NCBI GenBank assembly: GCA_038087875.1
Contig: JAXLNO010004436.1
Span: 186,001 to 250,000, forward strand
DNA from: Malacoraja senta
Taxonomy: Eukaryota
Length of the DNA stretch: 64,000 bases
Reading direction: 5' to 3'
Shown: piece after piece, positions 48,001 through 60,976 of the stretch
How the letters are laid out: each line of letters opens with the position of its first letter
How positions within the stretch are numbered: position 1 is the first letter of the stretch
Position numbers and translations under genes: made by a program
Notes under the pieces: generated by a model
Database searches by the model: none
Told to the model about the DNA's origin: nothing
Seen by the model: the letters and a program-made list of their open reading frames with translations, nothing else

Positions 48001-50535
48001 GATCATTAATGAAATTTTTAGGAACAGTTTCAGCCTAAAGCTTATTGCTCTTATATGCAAAGTTTGCATGTTTAAATATAGATTCACACCACGGAATAGA
48101 ACGTATGTCAATCATTGGCTTATACTCGCTAGAATTTAGGAGATTGAGAGGGGATCTTATAGAAACGTACAAAATTCTTATGGGGTTGGACAGGCTAGAT
48201 GCAGGAAGATTGTTCCCGATGTTGGGGAGGTCCAGGACAAGGGGTCACAGCTTAAGGATAAGGGGGAAATCCTTTAAGACCGAGATGAGGAAAAGCTTTT
48301 TCACACAGAGAGTGGTGAATCTCTGGAACTCTCTGCCACAGAGGGTAGTTGAGGCCAGTTCATTGGCTATATTTAAGAGGGAGTTAGATGTGGTCCTTGT
48401 GGCTAAGGGGATCAGGGGGTATGGAGAGAAGGCAGGTACGGGATACTGAGTTGGATGATCAGCCATGATCATATTGAATGGTGGTGCAGGCTCGAAGGGC
48501 CGAATGGCCTACTCCTGCACCTATTTTCTATGTATCTATGTATCTATTCGAGTAGTATAAGTCAGTATCTTGTAATAGACTGGCTAATGTGATCCGGATC
48601 TGGTGTTCACCAGAAATATTTGATTGGCAATCTACCTATGAGGTAAATTCAATATAGTTGAAGACTCAAGATCATGTAAATCAATGATAATACAGAATGG
48701 ATGTTGGATCGTGACAAATTTAATAATATTGTTGCACGATTGATGACTTGTTTGTATCCAGACTTAACCGCCAATTACCTAAATATATGTCATGGAGCCT
48801 GATACTGGGGCAGTAGCGGTGGATGTTTCTCGCTGCATTGGAGTAAAATGTTTGTATACATTTTTTCCATTTTGTCTCATTTAACAGTATATACAGAAGA
48901 GCAAACAGGATTCCGCTTCGGGAGTATTGGTGGTACCAGATTGGATCTACAAAACCATGGTACCCTCAGGTGTTAAAAATGATCACAAAGCCTCTTATGA
49001 TTTCCAAACAGAATTAATCTGTTTGTGCACTCTATAACTGATGATTCACATCCTTTTCATAATCATATTGGTTGTTGATTTACAGATTTTAAGGAGTGAC
49101 ATTTATCGGAAGAGGACTATCAGATTGTACTGTGGATATTATTGCAATCTGGAGGGATATTACCCAGAAGTAGTACATTTCTTACATAAGGAAATGGGAT
49201 ATGTTTTGTTTAAGCAGAATATTACATATCACAATATAGACATATCAGTAGTGTTAGAGTTCTGTAAACTCTTTATTTTATTAGCAATTAAGCTATAATG
49301 CTATGAATACGGCAAGGAGTGCCGTTACTGCATGTCTATGGAGGAATCGGAATAAGATGTAGGGTTACACCCTTTGGACTGCAGATTTATGAAATAATTT
49401 TTCAATTCTAAACTTAGACACAGGTATACAATAATCTGGAATGTAAGAGATATGTTATATTGTTTTTTGTTAATGTACTCATATTACAGTACTGTCCTTG
49501 GCTTGAATTACCATTAAGGAAGTCAAGCTCAGGGGACTGGTTCTAGCACAGAGAGTGCAAATATTGCAGAAAGTACGAATAGACATGATGGAAAGAGCAA
49601 CAGTTACTATTGTGTTCGATGTCTATGAATTGCTTAAACAGAGTAGATGTGGAATCACAGGATGTAAGTTGGGGTTTTCAGCATATTCTATGGATCCACG
49701 TCTATGTGTGGTATCACATTTACAATGTTAGATTGAAGCTATCAGAACCTTAAAGAGGTTCAGTATTAGTATTTTGGTAGCCATAAAGAGCTGCATAAGA
49801 AAGTGTCGGTTTAGACTATTTTTAAAATGGCTGAAGCATGTGTTGCTTGATGCAGGTATTGATACTGACAAATTTAAATCTTATTTCACCAGGGCACCAT
49901 CAATATTGACGTCCAAGCAATTGGATGTTCTAATAGAACATATCCTCGAGGCTGCAGTCATAAGTGAAATAATTCACAAGTATTACCATAAGGAGATTAT
50001 AATACATGTGGTTATTTGGTGGTTATTTTTGGATTTAGTATTAAATATTATTCTTGTGATAGAGGGGTTACAATTATGGTGATAAATGAACCATTAACTG
50101 GTTGCATCCATGTTGTGGTTGATTGTTTTACTTATTTAGAGTCAATCAATGCAGTGAGCGCCTGGATTTGAATCTACAGCGTGAAATCACAGAGCTTTGA
50201 AATCTTCACGTAGTCACTCACGTGACTCCGAAGTAAAATAGTAAGATTAAACGAGAACTTACCAGTTTGAAGTTTGATCTTTATTTTATGAGGAGTTACG
50301 TTGAGGGACTACGTGCCCTCCGCACCCACCCTTGTAAAGATCAAGCTGGTAGTTCTAGTCTTTACGTATCTTACTATCATACTTCAGTAATTGTTGTCTG
50401 TGATTTCACTCCGCTGCTTTGGAGATTGACGCGTGTGCGGTCTGGACGGGTTCTTCTTCACGTAGTCCCTCAACGTAACTCCCCATAAAATAAAGATCAA
50501 ACTTCAAACTGATAAGTTCTCATTTAATCTTACTA
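45086..50535 (+). mobile_element. DIRS1-like tyrosine-recombinase retrotransposon, decayed
   Basis: Inverted terminal repeats (45086-45148 and 50428-50535) and an internal complementary region (50204-50315). RT remnant KDGGCRIILDLKNLN near 47060. YR-like remnant KWLKHVL.DAGID..KFKS..TRA...KYYHK at 49774-50000. A CR1 3' piece is nested at about 48115-48545. Confidence 0.88.
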
Positions 50536-52475
50536 ATTTACTGATATAGCTTTTCCTATCTTGCTGCCCAATAATTGAAACAGTACTTGGACTTGGATTC
50601 CAGATGTAAGATGAACTGGTTGGGATTCCTTCAATGGGTTGTAATCTTCTCTGAGTTAAGATGTCAGGGTTCGCCTTCTGTGTCAGTTGTCCTCGAGTAA
50701 TATCACTCCTGGTGTACTTGATGTTTCTTTGATCTTTTCACATCAATCTTCTAGAAGGCTGGGGGTCCTCAAATCCCAAATGAGACAATTGGAAATTGGA
50801 GCTTGGATTTGATTGCTCCTGACAATATTTTCACATGGGTATCATAACTAAGTCTTCCTACATTGCTATTTCATCGTTTTAACCTGTACATCTGGTTATT
50901 CCTTATTGCCATAGTGATAAAGCCATGTTTCCTGAGTTTGATGCCTTCGTTACTATCGGATTTTCTTGCCTTAATACAACTAAATGGTCACTGTTATGTT
51001 TTCACTTCATTTTGCCTCTGAGCCTGGAAACCCTCTGAGAATGATGAGAAGATAGACTGTTACTTGCTTCTGCTTTTCCTTCTATCATGATTACAGTCTG
51101 TCCCACATAGTTTAATCGCCATCGATGGCCTTTTGCAACAGTTCCTGATTCTCTATTCTGTGTCAATATTCTTCCAGTTAAATTGTTGTTAATTATTTTG
51201 GTCTTCTCGGTAAACTTTATAGACCATGAGCTGAGCATGTGTGAAGTAATCAAATGGAAAATAATGTCCAGTCTATGTTTCACGTTTGAGATCAGTTTCA
51301 ATCTGAGACGACTATCCCTTTGGCTCCACAGATGCTGCTTGACCTGCTGAGTTCTTTCAGCAGTTTACTTTTTGGTTCCAAATTCCGGCATCTACCATCG
51401 CTTGTGACTACCCTCTGTTCTGGAATGATTATTTTCAACAAATTTGTAGAAGTTTAGTTGCTAGCCATGTGGTTGCAATAGAGACATACAGCTGCTCATA
51501 TTTAACTACATTAAACTCCATTAGCAAGCCCTGGGCACATTTGCTCAGCTGATCAAGACCCTGCCATAGTTCTTGATAATCATCTTCATTGTTTATGAAA
51601 CGACCTATTTTATCATGCCTTGTACATTATCATCCAAATCTCAAGCAGATGACAAACTGCGATGGACCCAATACTGATCCCAGAGGCACACCACTATTCA
51701 CAGACCACCAGTCCAAAAAGCAACCTTCTACCACCATCGTCTTCCTACCATGAAGCCAATTTTGTTTCCAGTTAGCTATCTCTCCCTGGATCCCGAGCAG
51801 TCTACTCTTCCAGAGCAGACGATTATTGGTTATCCTGCCACAAAAGCCTTGATAAAGTCTATATGTCTACATCTACAACCCTGCCCTCATTAACCTTCAT
51901 AGTTGCTTCTTCAAAAAACTAATCAAATTCAGTTGTTTCCATGGAACAGGAGACTGAGGGGTGATTTATTTGAGGTGGATTAAATTATGAAGGCCCTGGA
52001 GGAGGAAATAGAAAGAGACTCTTTTCCTAGCAGACCATAAAAATGTAAATGAATTACTGGAACAATGACTGGATATGAGAAGTTTTGTCACCCACATGTG
52101 CATGAAAAGCTGTGACCTGCCAGGCTTCGGACCTTGTTCTAGAAAACAAGTTTTGCTTGAATTGTGAATAATCTCTGATTATCCTCTAACCTGATGTTTT
52201 AGTTGTTAGTTACAGAGTCTGATATTTTAATAAACTCAATTGTTACCAGTAGAAATGTAATTTAACGTTAGATCAATTTGGATTTAGATGGATTTGCTAA
52301 ATTACAGGTTCCATACTATTCAGAAGATGACATTTGAAGCTAAAATTGTGGAAGCTACGTTAATTGCGTTGTGCTAGGTTGGATAAGTAGATTATTTGTA
52401 TGACTTTCTTGGACTGTCCTTTGTATGCATTTTATATTGACAAAGTGACTTAATGAATGGTATTAACATTTGCAG

Positions 52476-52549
52476 TAAAGTCAACGTCAACATGCCCATA
52501 TTACCCTGTGCCATGGGTTATATAATCGTAGAGCCGTCACTTCAACCAA
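52476..52549 (+). CDS. NXPE3-like: NXPE3-like 74-nt exon (phase 2 to 1)
   Basis: Acceptor aacatttgcag and donor A|gtaaga. AG+T gives S-KVNVNMPILPCAMGYIIVEPSLQP, which aligns with the SGVNIKMP...VTVIP segment of NXPE3. Phase matches the upstream exon. The remaining catalytic exons were not found and probably lie beyond the window. Confidence 0.8.
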
Positions 52550-54771
52550 GTAAGATCATTTTCAATCATGTCTAAAAAAATTATAGTCTTGTGTATTGGA
52601 GGAAATAATAATAGAATAGTGAAGCAGTTCCTCGCTATAAATATGCAGACCTTACAAACAAAATATAACTTGACAGCATATGTAGTTCTTTCTTGAATTT
52701 GAAGAACATTTAAGTTATAATTTATTCAGCAAAATGTATAAGTTCCAGGGCTAGTATTGATTCAATATTATGCACCTGTCACTTCTCATCCAATACAATC
52801 CATTTATTCTTATAGGAGATATGGTTGCCAATTGTATTTTTATAATTTTAATAGATGGTTGAAAATATAATCTAAGATAAAACTGCATTTTTCTGGGACT
52901 GAACCCTCTTTCCTGGTGTGGACCATCAGTAGTGGAGGCAGATCATCACCCAACATACATCTAGTCAGTGCAGCTCTTCCATTGAGTTCACCGAGCCAGA
53001 TCTCAACAGCAACTGTACCAATAAATGTAGGTGTTAAATATTTGAACAGAAAAGGTATGGGCTTGAAGTACTATTGGTTAACCTGCTACTAATCACTTTG
53101 GTGATATGAAATTTTAAAGTAACAATTCTGTGACCTCCTCTGGCAGTTCATTCCAGAGTGAAAAATATGCCTCTGAGATCTTTCTTACACTATGCTCTCT
53201 AACTTTAGAATCCTCTAAGTTGGGATAAATACTGGGTGTTCACTTTATTGTTGCCTCTCATAATTTGATATATTTTATTAAAGTAACTCCATCTGCAACA
53301 TTTTACAAGGTTCTACTATTTACTGTGCAAGTCCTGCCCTGGTTGACACACCAAAATGCAATGTATCACACTTATCAGTTAAATTCCATTGGCCAGTCCT
53401 TAGCTCACCTCCCCAATGATCTATTCTGTTATGTACTTCAATATTACTGTGAGGTTTGAGAGAGCATAGGGTAAGAAGGATCTCAGGCATCATTTTCACT
53501 CTAGAATGTGCTGCCAGATAAGGCTACAGAAGAAGATACAATTGCTACTTTAATAAGATAGAAATTGATAGGAACGGTTTTGACAGTTATAGGCTAAATG
53601 TGGGCAAATAGGACTAGCTCAGAATCCCAGAATGATCAACATGGACAAAGTAGTCCGAAGAATCTGTTTCCATGTTCTAAAGCTCTGTGATTCAGTAGAA
53701 TATGGAGAAAATGAGCTCTGTTGTGTAAGTATTACTCACTGTCCACCAAATCAGCAATTTAGGTATAAATTTACTAACAATGTTAACTAACAGCAGTGGA
53801 TCCACACTGACCCCGGCCATACACAACTGGTCACAGGCCTTCAATCAGAAAAACAACCTCCACAACTACCCTATCTCCTCCAAACCAATTTTGAATCCAA
53901 TGTCTAGCCTACCTTGGAATCCATATGATCTGATCTTGCAAACTAGCTTACCAATGTGTGAGCTTGTTAATGGCTTTGCTAAAGTCCAAAAAGAGAATAT
54001 TCTCTGCCCTTACCTCATGAGTCGTTTGTTGACATCGAAAAAAACCTGCCAGATTCATGAGACACGATTTCCCACAACCAAAACCTTACTGACTATTCTC
54101 ACCAATTCTGTCCCCTAGAATCCCTTCCAACAACTCTCCCACCACTGGCAGCTGGCTCGCTGGCCTGTAGTTCCCTGATTTGTCCTAGAACCTTTCTCAA
54201 ATAATGGTGCAACATTAGCCACCCTGCCAGCTTTCAGAAATTCATTTGTGGCTAATGAATCTTAAGAAAGGAACCATCCACCTAGCTGGCCTGGTGCCAA
54301 CCTCATTGACACAACATTGTTCACGTACTGCTCAGAATTAGTTTACTTTGTACATTCTGTCCATGGAAATTATACCTAACCACTCAAAAATGTGTTGATA
54401 GCCAAAGTCAAAATGTTTCTCTTTAGATATGTTAAGGGAAAAAGAATAGTAAAGTCAAATGTGGGTCCCTTGAAGGCAGACACGGGTGAAATTATTATGG
54501 GGAATAAGGAAATGGCAGAAGAGTTGAATAGTTACTTCGGATCTGTCTTCAATAAGGAAGACACAAACAATCTCTCAGATGTACTGGAGGACAGAGGATC
54601 TAAGGGGGTAGAGGAACTGAAAGACATTTTCATTAGATGAGAAATAGTATTGGGTAGGCTAATGGGACTGAAGGATGATAAATCCCCTGGGCCTGATGGT
54701 CTGCATCCCAGGGTCCTCAGGGAGGTGGCTCTAGAAATAGTGGACGCATTAGTGATCATTTTCCAATGTTC

Positions 54772-57700
54772 TTTTTTTTTTTTATTTGTATTTTATTAGA
54801 AGTACATTACATTACAACCACATACATTAGTACTTGTCATTTATATCTTCTTACAATTAATGTACTCCATTTATTTTTTACACCAGAAAAGGAAAAGATT
54901 GAAAGAAAGAAGAAAGTGAAGGAAAAAGTGGAAGTGTAGGAAATGTGACAACAAAAAAGGACAAAGACCCTATAAGAGCAAAATTAAAAACAAAAGAAAA
55001 AGAGTTAAGAAATAGACCCTAGGAAAAAAAGAAAGAGAGAAAGAGGAAAAAGAGAGAAACAAATATTTTTATGAGCATTACGCAAATTGGACATACCAAC
55101 TCTTCAACTATCATCCCCCCTTACCTGACCTCCAAATTTTTTTTTAAAGTACTTTTGCACCTTATGTTTGTAATAATTCTATAAATGCAGACCACGTCAG
55201 GTGGAAATGATCTGGTTTACCTGCTAGGAGGAGTCTTATCTCTTCTAGGTGTAATGTTTCAAACATATTTGAAATCCACATATTTATAGTTGGTATTGGA
55301 GCCTTCTTCCAAAATTTTAGAATTAGCTTTTTTCCAGTTATTAACCCATAGTCCATTAGTTTCTTTTGAAACACATTTAGTTCTGGATCATCTTCCGTTA
55401 TATCAGTCTTGTTTTAAATAACTTTGTAAAGATTTCAAAAATTTCATTCCAAAATTTTTGAATTTTTGTACAAGAAACGAATGAGTGCGTTATAGTAGCT
55501 TCTTGGGATTGACATTTATCACAAATAGATGATACATTTGGGAACATTTTATGAATTTTAGTTTTCGAATAATATAATCTATGTAAAATTTTTAATTGTA
55601 TTAAAGTGGGTCTTACATTAATCGAGCATTTATGCACGTTTAATAAGTATTCATTCCAACTTTCCTTTGAAATTTTAATAGCTAACTCTTGTTCCCAGTC
55701 TCTTCTGATACCCTCCGTAGATGGTATTTGTGCATTTAAGATAATATTATACAAATATGATATTAAGTTTGCTGATTCTGCTTTTATCTGCATTGCCTCA
55801 TCCAGTACATCTGCTGGGTTATTATGATGATCTTTTGTATATTTTTTCAAATAGTCGCATATTTGAAAATATTTAAAATATTGATTATTTCCGAGTTCAT
55901 ATTTTATTTGTAATTGTTGAAATGAAAGTAATTTTCCAGTTTCATACAAGTCACCAAGCGTTTTAATTCCTAATCTATCCCATTGTGTATAAGCTTTATC
56001 TATAATAGAAGGATTAAACAAAGGGTTATTGACTATAGGTAATAAAAGTGATAAATTTCTTAATTTTAAATTTTGTTTTATTTGTTTCCAAATTCGGATT
56101 GTACTATGGATAATTGGGTTCTTATTATAATTTATGTTATTCAATTTCATTGGAGAGAGGAGGATCGCTCCAATGTTTCTAGAGGAGCAATCCTCTTTCT
56201 CCATTACAATCCAGTCCGCTTGCTGGGCGGAGTTATCCATCAGTTGAATCATATTTTTAATATTTACTGACCAATAATAATACATAAAATTAGGTAGTGC
56301 TAAACCCCCTAATACTTTAGGTTTATTCAGATGAGTTTTTTGTATTCTATGTGATTTATAGTCCCATATAAAATTAGTGATATCTGAGTCGAGTTTAAAA
56401 AAAAACTTCTTTGGTAAGTATATAGGAATTGATTGAAATAGGTATAAAATTTGTGGTAAAAAGATCATTTTTATTGCGTTTATTCGGCCTATTAAAGACA
56501 TCGGGAGCGTTTTCCAGAATTTAATTAGTGTGTATAATTTATTAAGTAAGGGGTCAAAATTTGCCCTAAACATACCTTGATATGATCTGGTAATTACGAT
56601 TCCCAAATATTTAAATTTTTCTGTAGCTATTTTAAAAGGGAATTTTAAAAGATGTGATGAATCTTTCGGTTTTATTGACATAATTTCACTTTTATTCCAA
56701 TTTATTCTATATCCAGAAAAAGATCCAAAATCTTCAATTAAATTTAATATATTTGTTATAGTGATTTGAGGTTTTGTAATGTACAGTAATATATCATCCG
56801 CGTATAAAGATATTTTATTATATGAATCTTTAGTATTATATCCATGGATATCAGGGTGTATTCTAATTTTTTCTGCTAGCGGTTCAATAATGAGAGCAAA
56901 CAGTTGTGGTGATAATGAGCATCCTTGTCTATTTCCCCTTGATAGTTGGAATTTCGAGGATAATATGTTATTAGTTAGTATTCTAGCTGTAGGAATGTTA
57001 TATAGTAACTTGATCCATAGAATAAAATTCTCCCCCAGTTGAAATTTTTGTAATACTTTGTCCATATAATTCCATTCTACTTGATCAAATGCTTTTTCAG
57101 CATCCAGCGAAATAATTGATAATTCTTGATCTTCAGATTTGTGTGAATGCATTATGTTGAGTAGACGTCTCATATTGTTAGATGAGTATCTCTTAGGGAT
57201 AAACCCCGTCTGATCTGGGTTTATTAATTTACTAATGTATTTACTTAATCTTCTAGCTAATGTTTTCGCTAATATTTTTTGATCTGTGTTTAACAATGCT
57301 ATAGCTCTATATGAACCAGGTTCTTCTAAGTCTTTATTTTTCTTAGGTATTAATGTAATCGTTGATTCCGCTAATGTATCGGGTAATATTCGTTTTTTAA
57401 AAGCATATTGGTACATTTTTTGTAATCTTGGTATTATTTTATCGTAAAAGCTTTTATAAAATTCATTAGTAAATCCGTCAGGGCCTGGTGTTTTTCCATT
57501 CTTTAGTGAGTTTATTGTATCTTCTAATTCCTTAATTGAGATTTGTGCACCCAGTTCCTCTTGTTCCTTCAATTCTAACTTTGGAAGGTTACAGGTATCC
57601 AAGAACTTTGTGATATTATTGGAATCACTTGTTGTTTTAGATGTATACAAATTCTCATAAAATTGCGCAAATCTATTATTAATATCCTTTGGTGTTGTTA

Positions 57701-59778
57701 ATAATTCCCCTTTATCTGATTTGATCTTTGGTATAGTATGTTCCTTTTCTCGTTTTTTTAGCTGGCGAGCCAAAAGTTTATGCGGTTTATCCCCAAATTC
57801 AAAGTGCTCTTGTTTTGTAATTTGAAAAAGTCTTATAAGTTTGGCAGATAATAATTTATTTAATTTAAATTTCAAAATTATTATTTTATTATGTTTATCT
57901 ATTGATGGATCTTTAGCATTATCTATATCCATTTGTCTAATAAGTTCTTCTAACTGTCTTTGTTCATTCTTATTCTTTTTATTTTGAAAAGCTTGATATG
58001 AAATTATAATACCCCTAATGTATGCTTTAAAAGATTCCCATAATACAGTAGGCGATATATCTGGAGTATCATTTATTTGAAAAAAGACCTCCATTTGTTC
58101 TTTTAAATATATACTCGCTTGTGGATCTTTTAGAATTTGAGAATTAAATCTCCAAAACGATTTATTCTTAGACAATCCTTCCAGTTTTAAAAAGAAAGTT
58201 AGTGGAGAATGGTCTGAAATCGAGTTTGTGTGGTATATTGCATTAGTTGTTTGGGGGATTAATTTTGTATCCAGCAGAAAGTAGTCTATACGTGAGTATG
58301 TCTTATGTACCATTGAGTAAAACGAGTATTCCCTGCCAGTTGGATTAACAATTCTCCAAACATCTGCTATATTAGTGTTGTTTATATAGGTATTGAGAAG
58401 CTCCCCAGTTTTCGATTTCATATTCCCTCTCTGTTTTTGACTTGATTTATCTAAGTACGGATCTAAAACACAGTTAAAGTCTCCTCCTATTATAACATTT
58501 TGATAGTTTGACTCTGCAATTATGTTGAAAATTTTATTGAAAAAGTGGGGGCTATCAAAGTTAGGGGCATATATATTTACCAAAGTAAGTGGAGTATCAT
58601 GGATTTCTCCATTAACTATTAGGTATCTCCCTTCTATATCTGTTATAATATTCTTTGCTTTAAATGGTATACCTTTTCTTATGATGATTGACGTGCCTCT
58701 AGATTTTGAAGTAAATGAAGAGTGGTATGTTTGACCTATCCATTTCGCCCTTAACCTAACTTGATCCTGAGATTTTAGGTGTGTTTCTTGTAGGAAGATA
58801 ATGTCGGAGTTGTACAATTTCAGCTGAGCTAGTATCTTACCCCTTTTAATAGGTTCGTTAATACCTCTTATATTCCAACTACAAAATGAGATTCCTCCTA
58901 GGTTCTTTTGTGTGGTGTCATGCATTTTGAATAATTATAGTACCTTTAAATCTTGTGGTGCATCCAAATCCCAGGTCTTTAGGTATTGGGGGAGCTTTTG
59001 AGTTTTTAAGTTTTGCTGTTATGTCCATTTTACGCTTGTCACTAAGCACAAAACACAAACAAGTGATTTTATGTGATTAAAAAAAACTATAAAAGTGAAG
59101 ATACAGTGTCTAATATAGTCGGCACTGTAGCGAGTGTCCCACCTGTAGGTGGGAAAAAACCTTGTTTTGACTTCCATTGCGTTGTTACACAAATAGCTCC
59201 GCTCTCTTGGTTAATCATAACATATTATAATATTAAAACGGGGCCTCAGATTCAGATATATAATACACTTTTACCCTGTGTATTTCATTGTAACATATAT
59301 ATATATCAGAATTTTAACTACTGATTATTAAACCGATACTTTTGACTTCTATAAAAATCAACTGCTGGTTGAAGGGGTTAACGAGACGTGCCCCTGGACC
59401 TAAGCCAGTTGCTCGTTTCTCATCCCCTCCTCCCACTTATAGATAAGGTTTCAGTTTATTAAAAATTCATATTAGTAAGTTAGTTCGTTATTTTTTATTT
59501 TTGTTTTTATTAGTATTCTAATCTAACATGCATAATTTATTAAGTTGTTAATAGGATAAGTTCTTACAATTGGTTATAATATTATATTCTAATAAGCAAT
59601 TATAAGCTTTCTGGTATAAACCATTGCCATCTGGTCAGTTGTTTACTCGTTTTGAACAGAAAGTGTCCTTGATTCAACATTCCGAAGATAACAGTGTAAC
59701 TATCCCCAGACAAAGCATCACTTAAAATGGTTCAGATCTCCCTTTTCATTTCTATTTTTCAACGATAGTTTGAGCATA
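54772..59778 (-). mobile_element. L1/Tx1-clade LINE, 5'-truncated in the inter-ORF region
   Basis: Poly(A) at 54772 and a 14-bp TSD attttccaatgttc (54758-54771, 59779-59792). Confidence 0.93.
55398..58925 (-). CDS. L1/Tx1 ORF2: APE endonuclease, RT and CCHC; C-terminal tail shifted into another ORF
   Basis: 1175 aa: SWNIRG, LQETH, GGDFN, SDHSP, YRAIALLN, LDAEKAFD, RQGCSLSP, YADD, CDKC...H...C. The expected last segment (GKKLILKFWKK) is in ORF 55162-55374. Confidence 0.9.
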   Translation of the reverse strand: MHDTTQKNLGGISFCSWNIRGINEPIKRGKILAQLKLYNSDIIFLQETHLKSQDQVRLRAKWIGQTYHSSFTSKSRGTSIIIRKGIPFKAKNIITDIEGRYLIVNGEIHDTPLTLVNIYAPNFDSPHFFNKIFNIIAESNYQNVIIGGDFNCVLDPYLDKSSQKQRGNMKSKTGELLNTYINNTNIADVWRIVNPTGREYSFYSMVHKTYSRIDYFLLDTKLIPQTTNAIYHTNSISDHSPLTFFLKLEGLSKNKSFWRFNSQILKDPQASIYLKEQMEVFFQINDTPDISPTVLWESFKAYIRGIIISYQAFQNKKNKNEQRQLEELIRQMDIDNAKDPSIDKHNKIIILKFKLNKLLSAKLIRLFQITKQEHFEFGDKPHKLLARQLKKREKEHTIPKIKSDKGELLTTPKDINNRFAQFYENLYTSKTTSDSNNITKFLDTCNLPKLELKEQEELGAQISIKELEDTINSLKNGKTPGPDGFTNEFYKSFYDKIIPRLQKMYQYAFKKRILPDTLAESTITLIPKKNKDLEEPGSYRAIALLNTDQKILAKTLARRLSKYISKLINPDQTGFIPKRYSSNNMRRLLNIMHSHKSEDQELSIISLDAEKAFDQVEWNYMDKVLQKFQLGENFILWIKLLYNIPTARILTNNILSSKFQLSRGNRQGCSLSPQLFALIIEPLAEKIRIHPDIHGYNTKDSYNKISLYADDILLYITKPQITITNILNLIEDFGSFSGYRINWNKSEIMSIKPKDSSHLLKFPFKIATEKFKYLGIVITRSYQGMFRANFDPLLNKLYTLIKFWKTLPMSLIGRINAIKMIFLPQILYLFQSIPIYLPKKFFFKLDSDITNFIWDYKSHRIQKTHLNKPKVLGGLALPNFMYYYWSVNIKNMIQLMDNSAQQADWIVMEKEDCSSRNIGAILLSPMKLNNINYNKNPIIHSTIRIWKQIKQNLKLRNLSLLLPIVNNPLFNPSIIDKAYTQWDRLGIKTLGDLYETGKLLSFQQLQIKYELGNNQYFKYFQICDYLKKYTKDHHNNPADVLDEAMQIKAESANLISYLYNIILNAQIPSTEGIRRDWEQELAIKISKESWNEYLLNVHKCSINVRPTLIQLKILHRLYYSKTKIHKMFPNVSSICDKCQSQEATITHSFVSCTKIQKFWNEIFEIFTKLFKTRLI

Positions 59779-60544
59779 ATTTTCCAATGTTCAATAGATT
59801 CAGGATCAGTTCCTGTGGATTGGAGGATAGCTAATGTTATCCCACTTTTCCAGAAAGGAGCGAGAGAGAAAACGGGGAATTACAGACCAGTTAGCCTGAT
59901 TTCAGTGGTGGGAAAGATGCTGGAGTCAATTGTTAAAGAAGTAATAATGGGGAATTTGGATAGCAGTAAAAGGATTAGTCCAAGTCAACATGGATTTATG
60001 AAAGGGAAATCATGCTTGACTAATCTTCTGGAATTTTTTGAGGATGTGACAAGTAAAATGGATGAAGGGGTGCCAGTAGATGTAGTGTATCTAGACTTTC
60101 AGAAACCCTTTGATAAGGTCCCGCACGGGAGACTGGTGACTAAAATTAGAGCGCATGGTAGTGGTGGTAGGGTGTTGACATGGATAGAAAATTGGTTGGC
60201 AGACCGGAAGCAAAGAGTAGGAGTGAATGAATCCTTTTCAGAATGGCAGGCAGTGGCGAGTGGAGTGCCGCAAGGCTCGGTGTTGGGGCCGCAACTGTTT
60301 ATCATATATATTAATGATTTGGAAGAGGGGATTAGGAGCAATATTAGCAAGTTTGCAGATGACACAAAGCTGGGTGGCAGTGTGAACTATGAAGAGGATT
60401 TTAGGAGGTTGCAGTGTGACATGGACAGGTTGAGTGAGTGGGCAGATGTGTGGCAGATGCAGTATAATATAGATAAATGTGAGGTTATCCACTTTGGCGG
60501 CAAAAATAAGAGGGCAGATTATTATCTCAATGGGGTTAGGTTAG

Positions 60545-60976
60545 TTTTTTTAATTTATTTCTATTTATATTTTTATTTTATTTGAAGTGCAATCGTATGG
60601 CACCAAAGTGCCTAATATATATTTTCATAATACATTTTATGTACAGCTTCTTATTTTTTTATTATAATAAAGAAGAATAAGAAAAATAAATTAGATAATA
60701 AAGGATAGAAAAACGTGAGATATATAGTGTGTGAAAAAGAAAAAGAAAAAAAAAGAATGAAAGAAGAAAGTTGAAAAAAAGAAAATAGGAAAAAGAGAGT
60801 AAAAAATTAAAACAGAAGTAAGGAGATCATTATTTATAATCTTGACCATCCCTCACCCAGTCCTGAGACAGTTAGCGTTTACAATTGAGTTGCACCATAT
60901 GATTCTGAAAAGACGACAAATGGAGACCAACTCGTTATGAATTGGTCTGATTTATCTATTAGGAAGAATCGCATAG
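60545..60976 (-). mobile_element. Short L1/Tx1-like 3' fragment
   Basis: T-rich tail and a 13-bp TSD ggggttaggttag (60532-60544, 60977-60989). Confidence 0.7.

Noticed and set aside
52880-53030. Possible next NXPE exon (SGYY...W...GDSTIRQW region)
   Set aside because: None of the three plus frames matched the expected motifs; the remaining exons probably lie beyond 64000.
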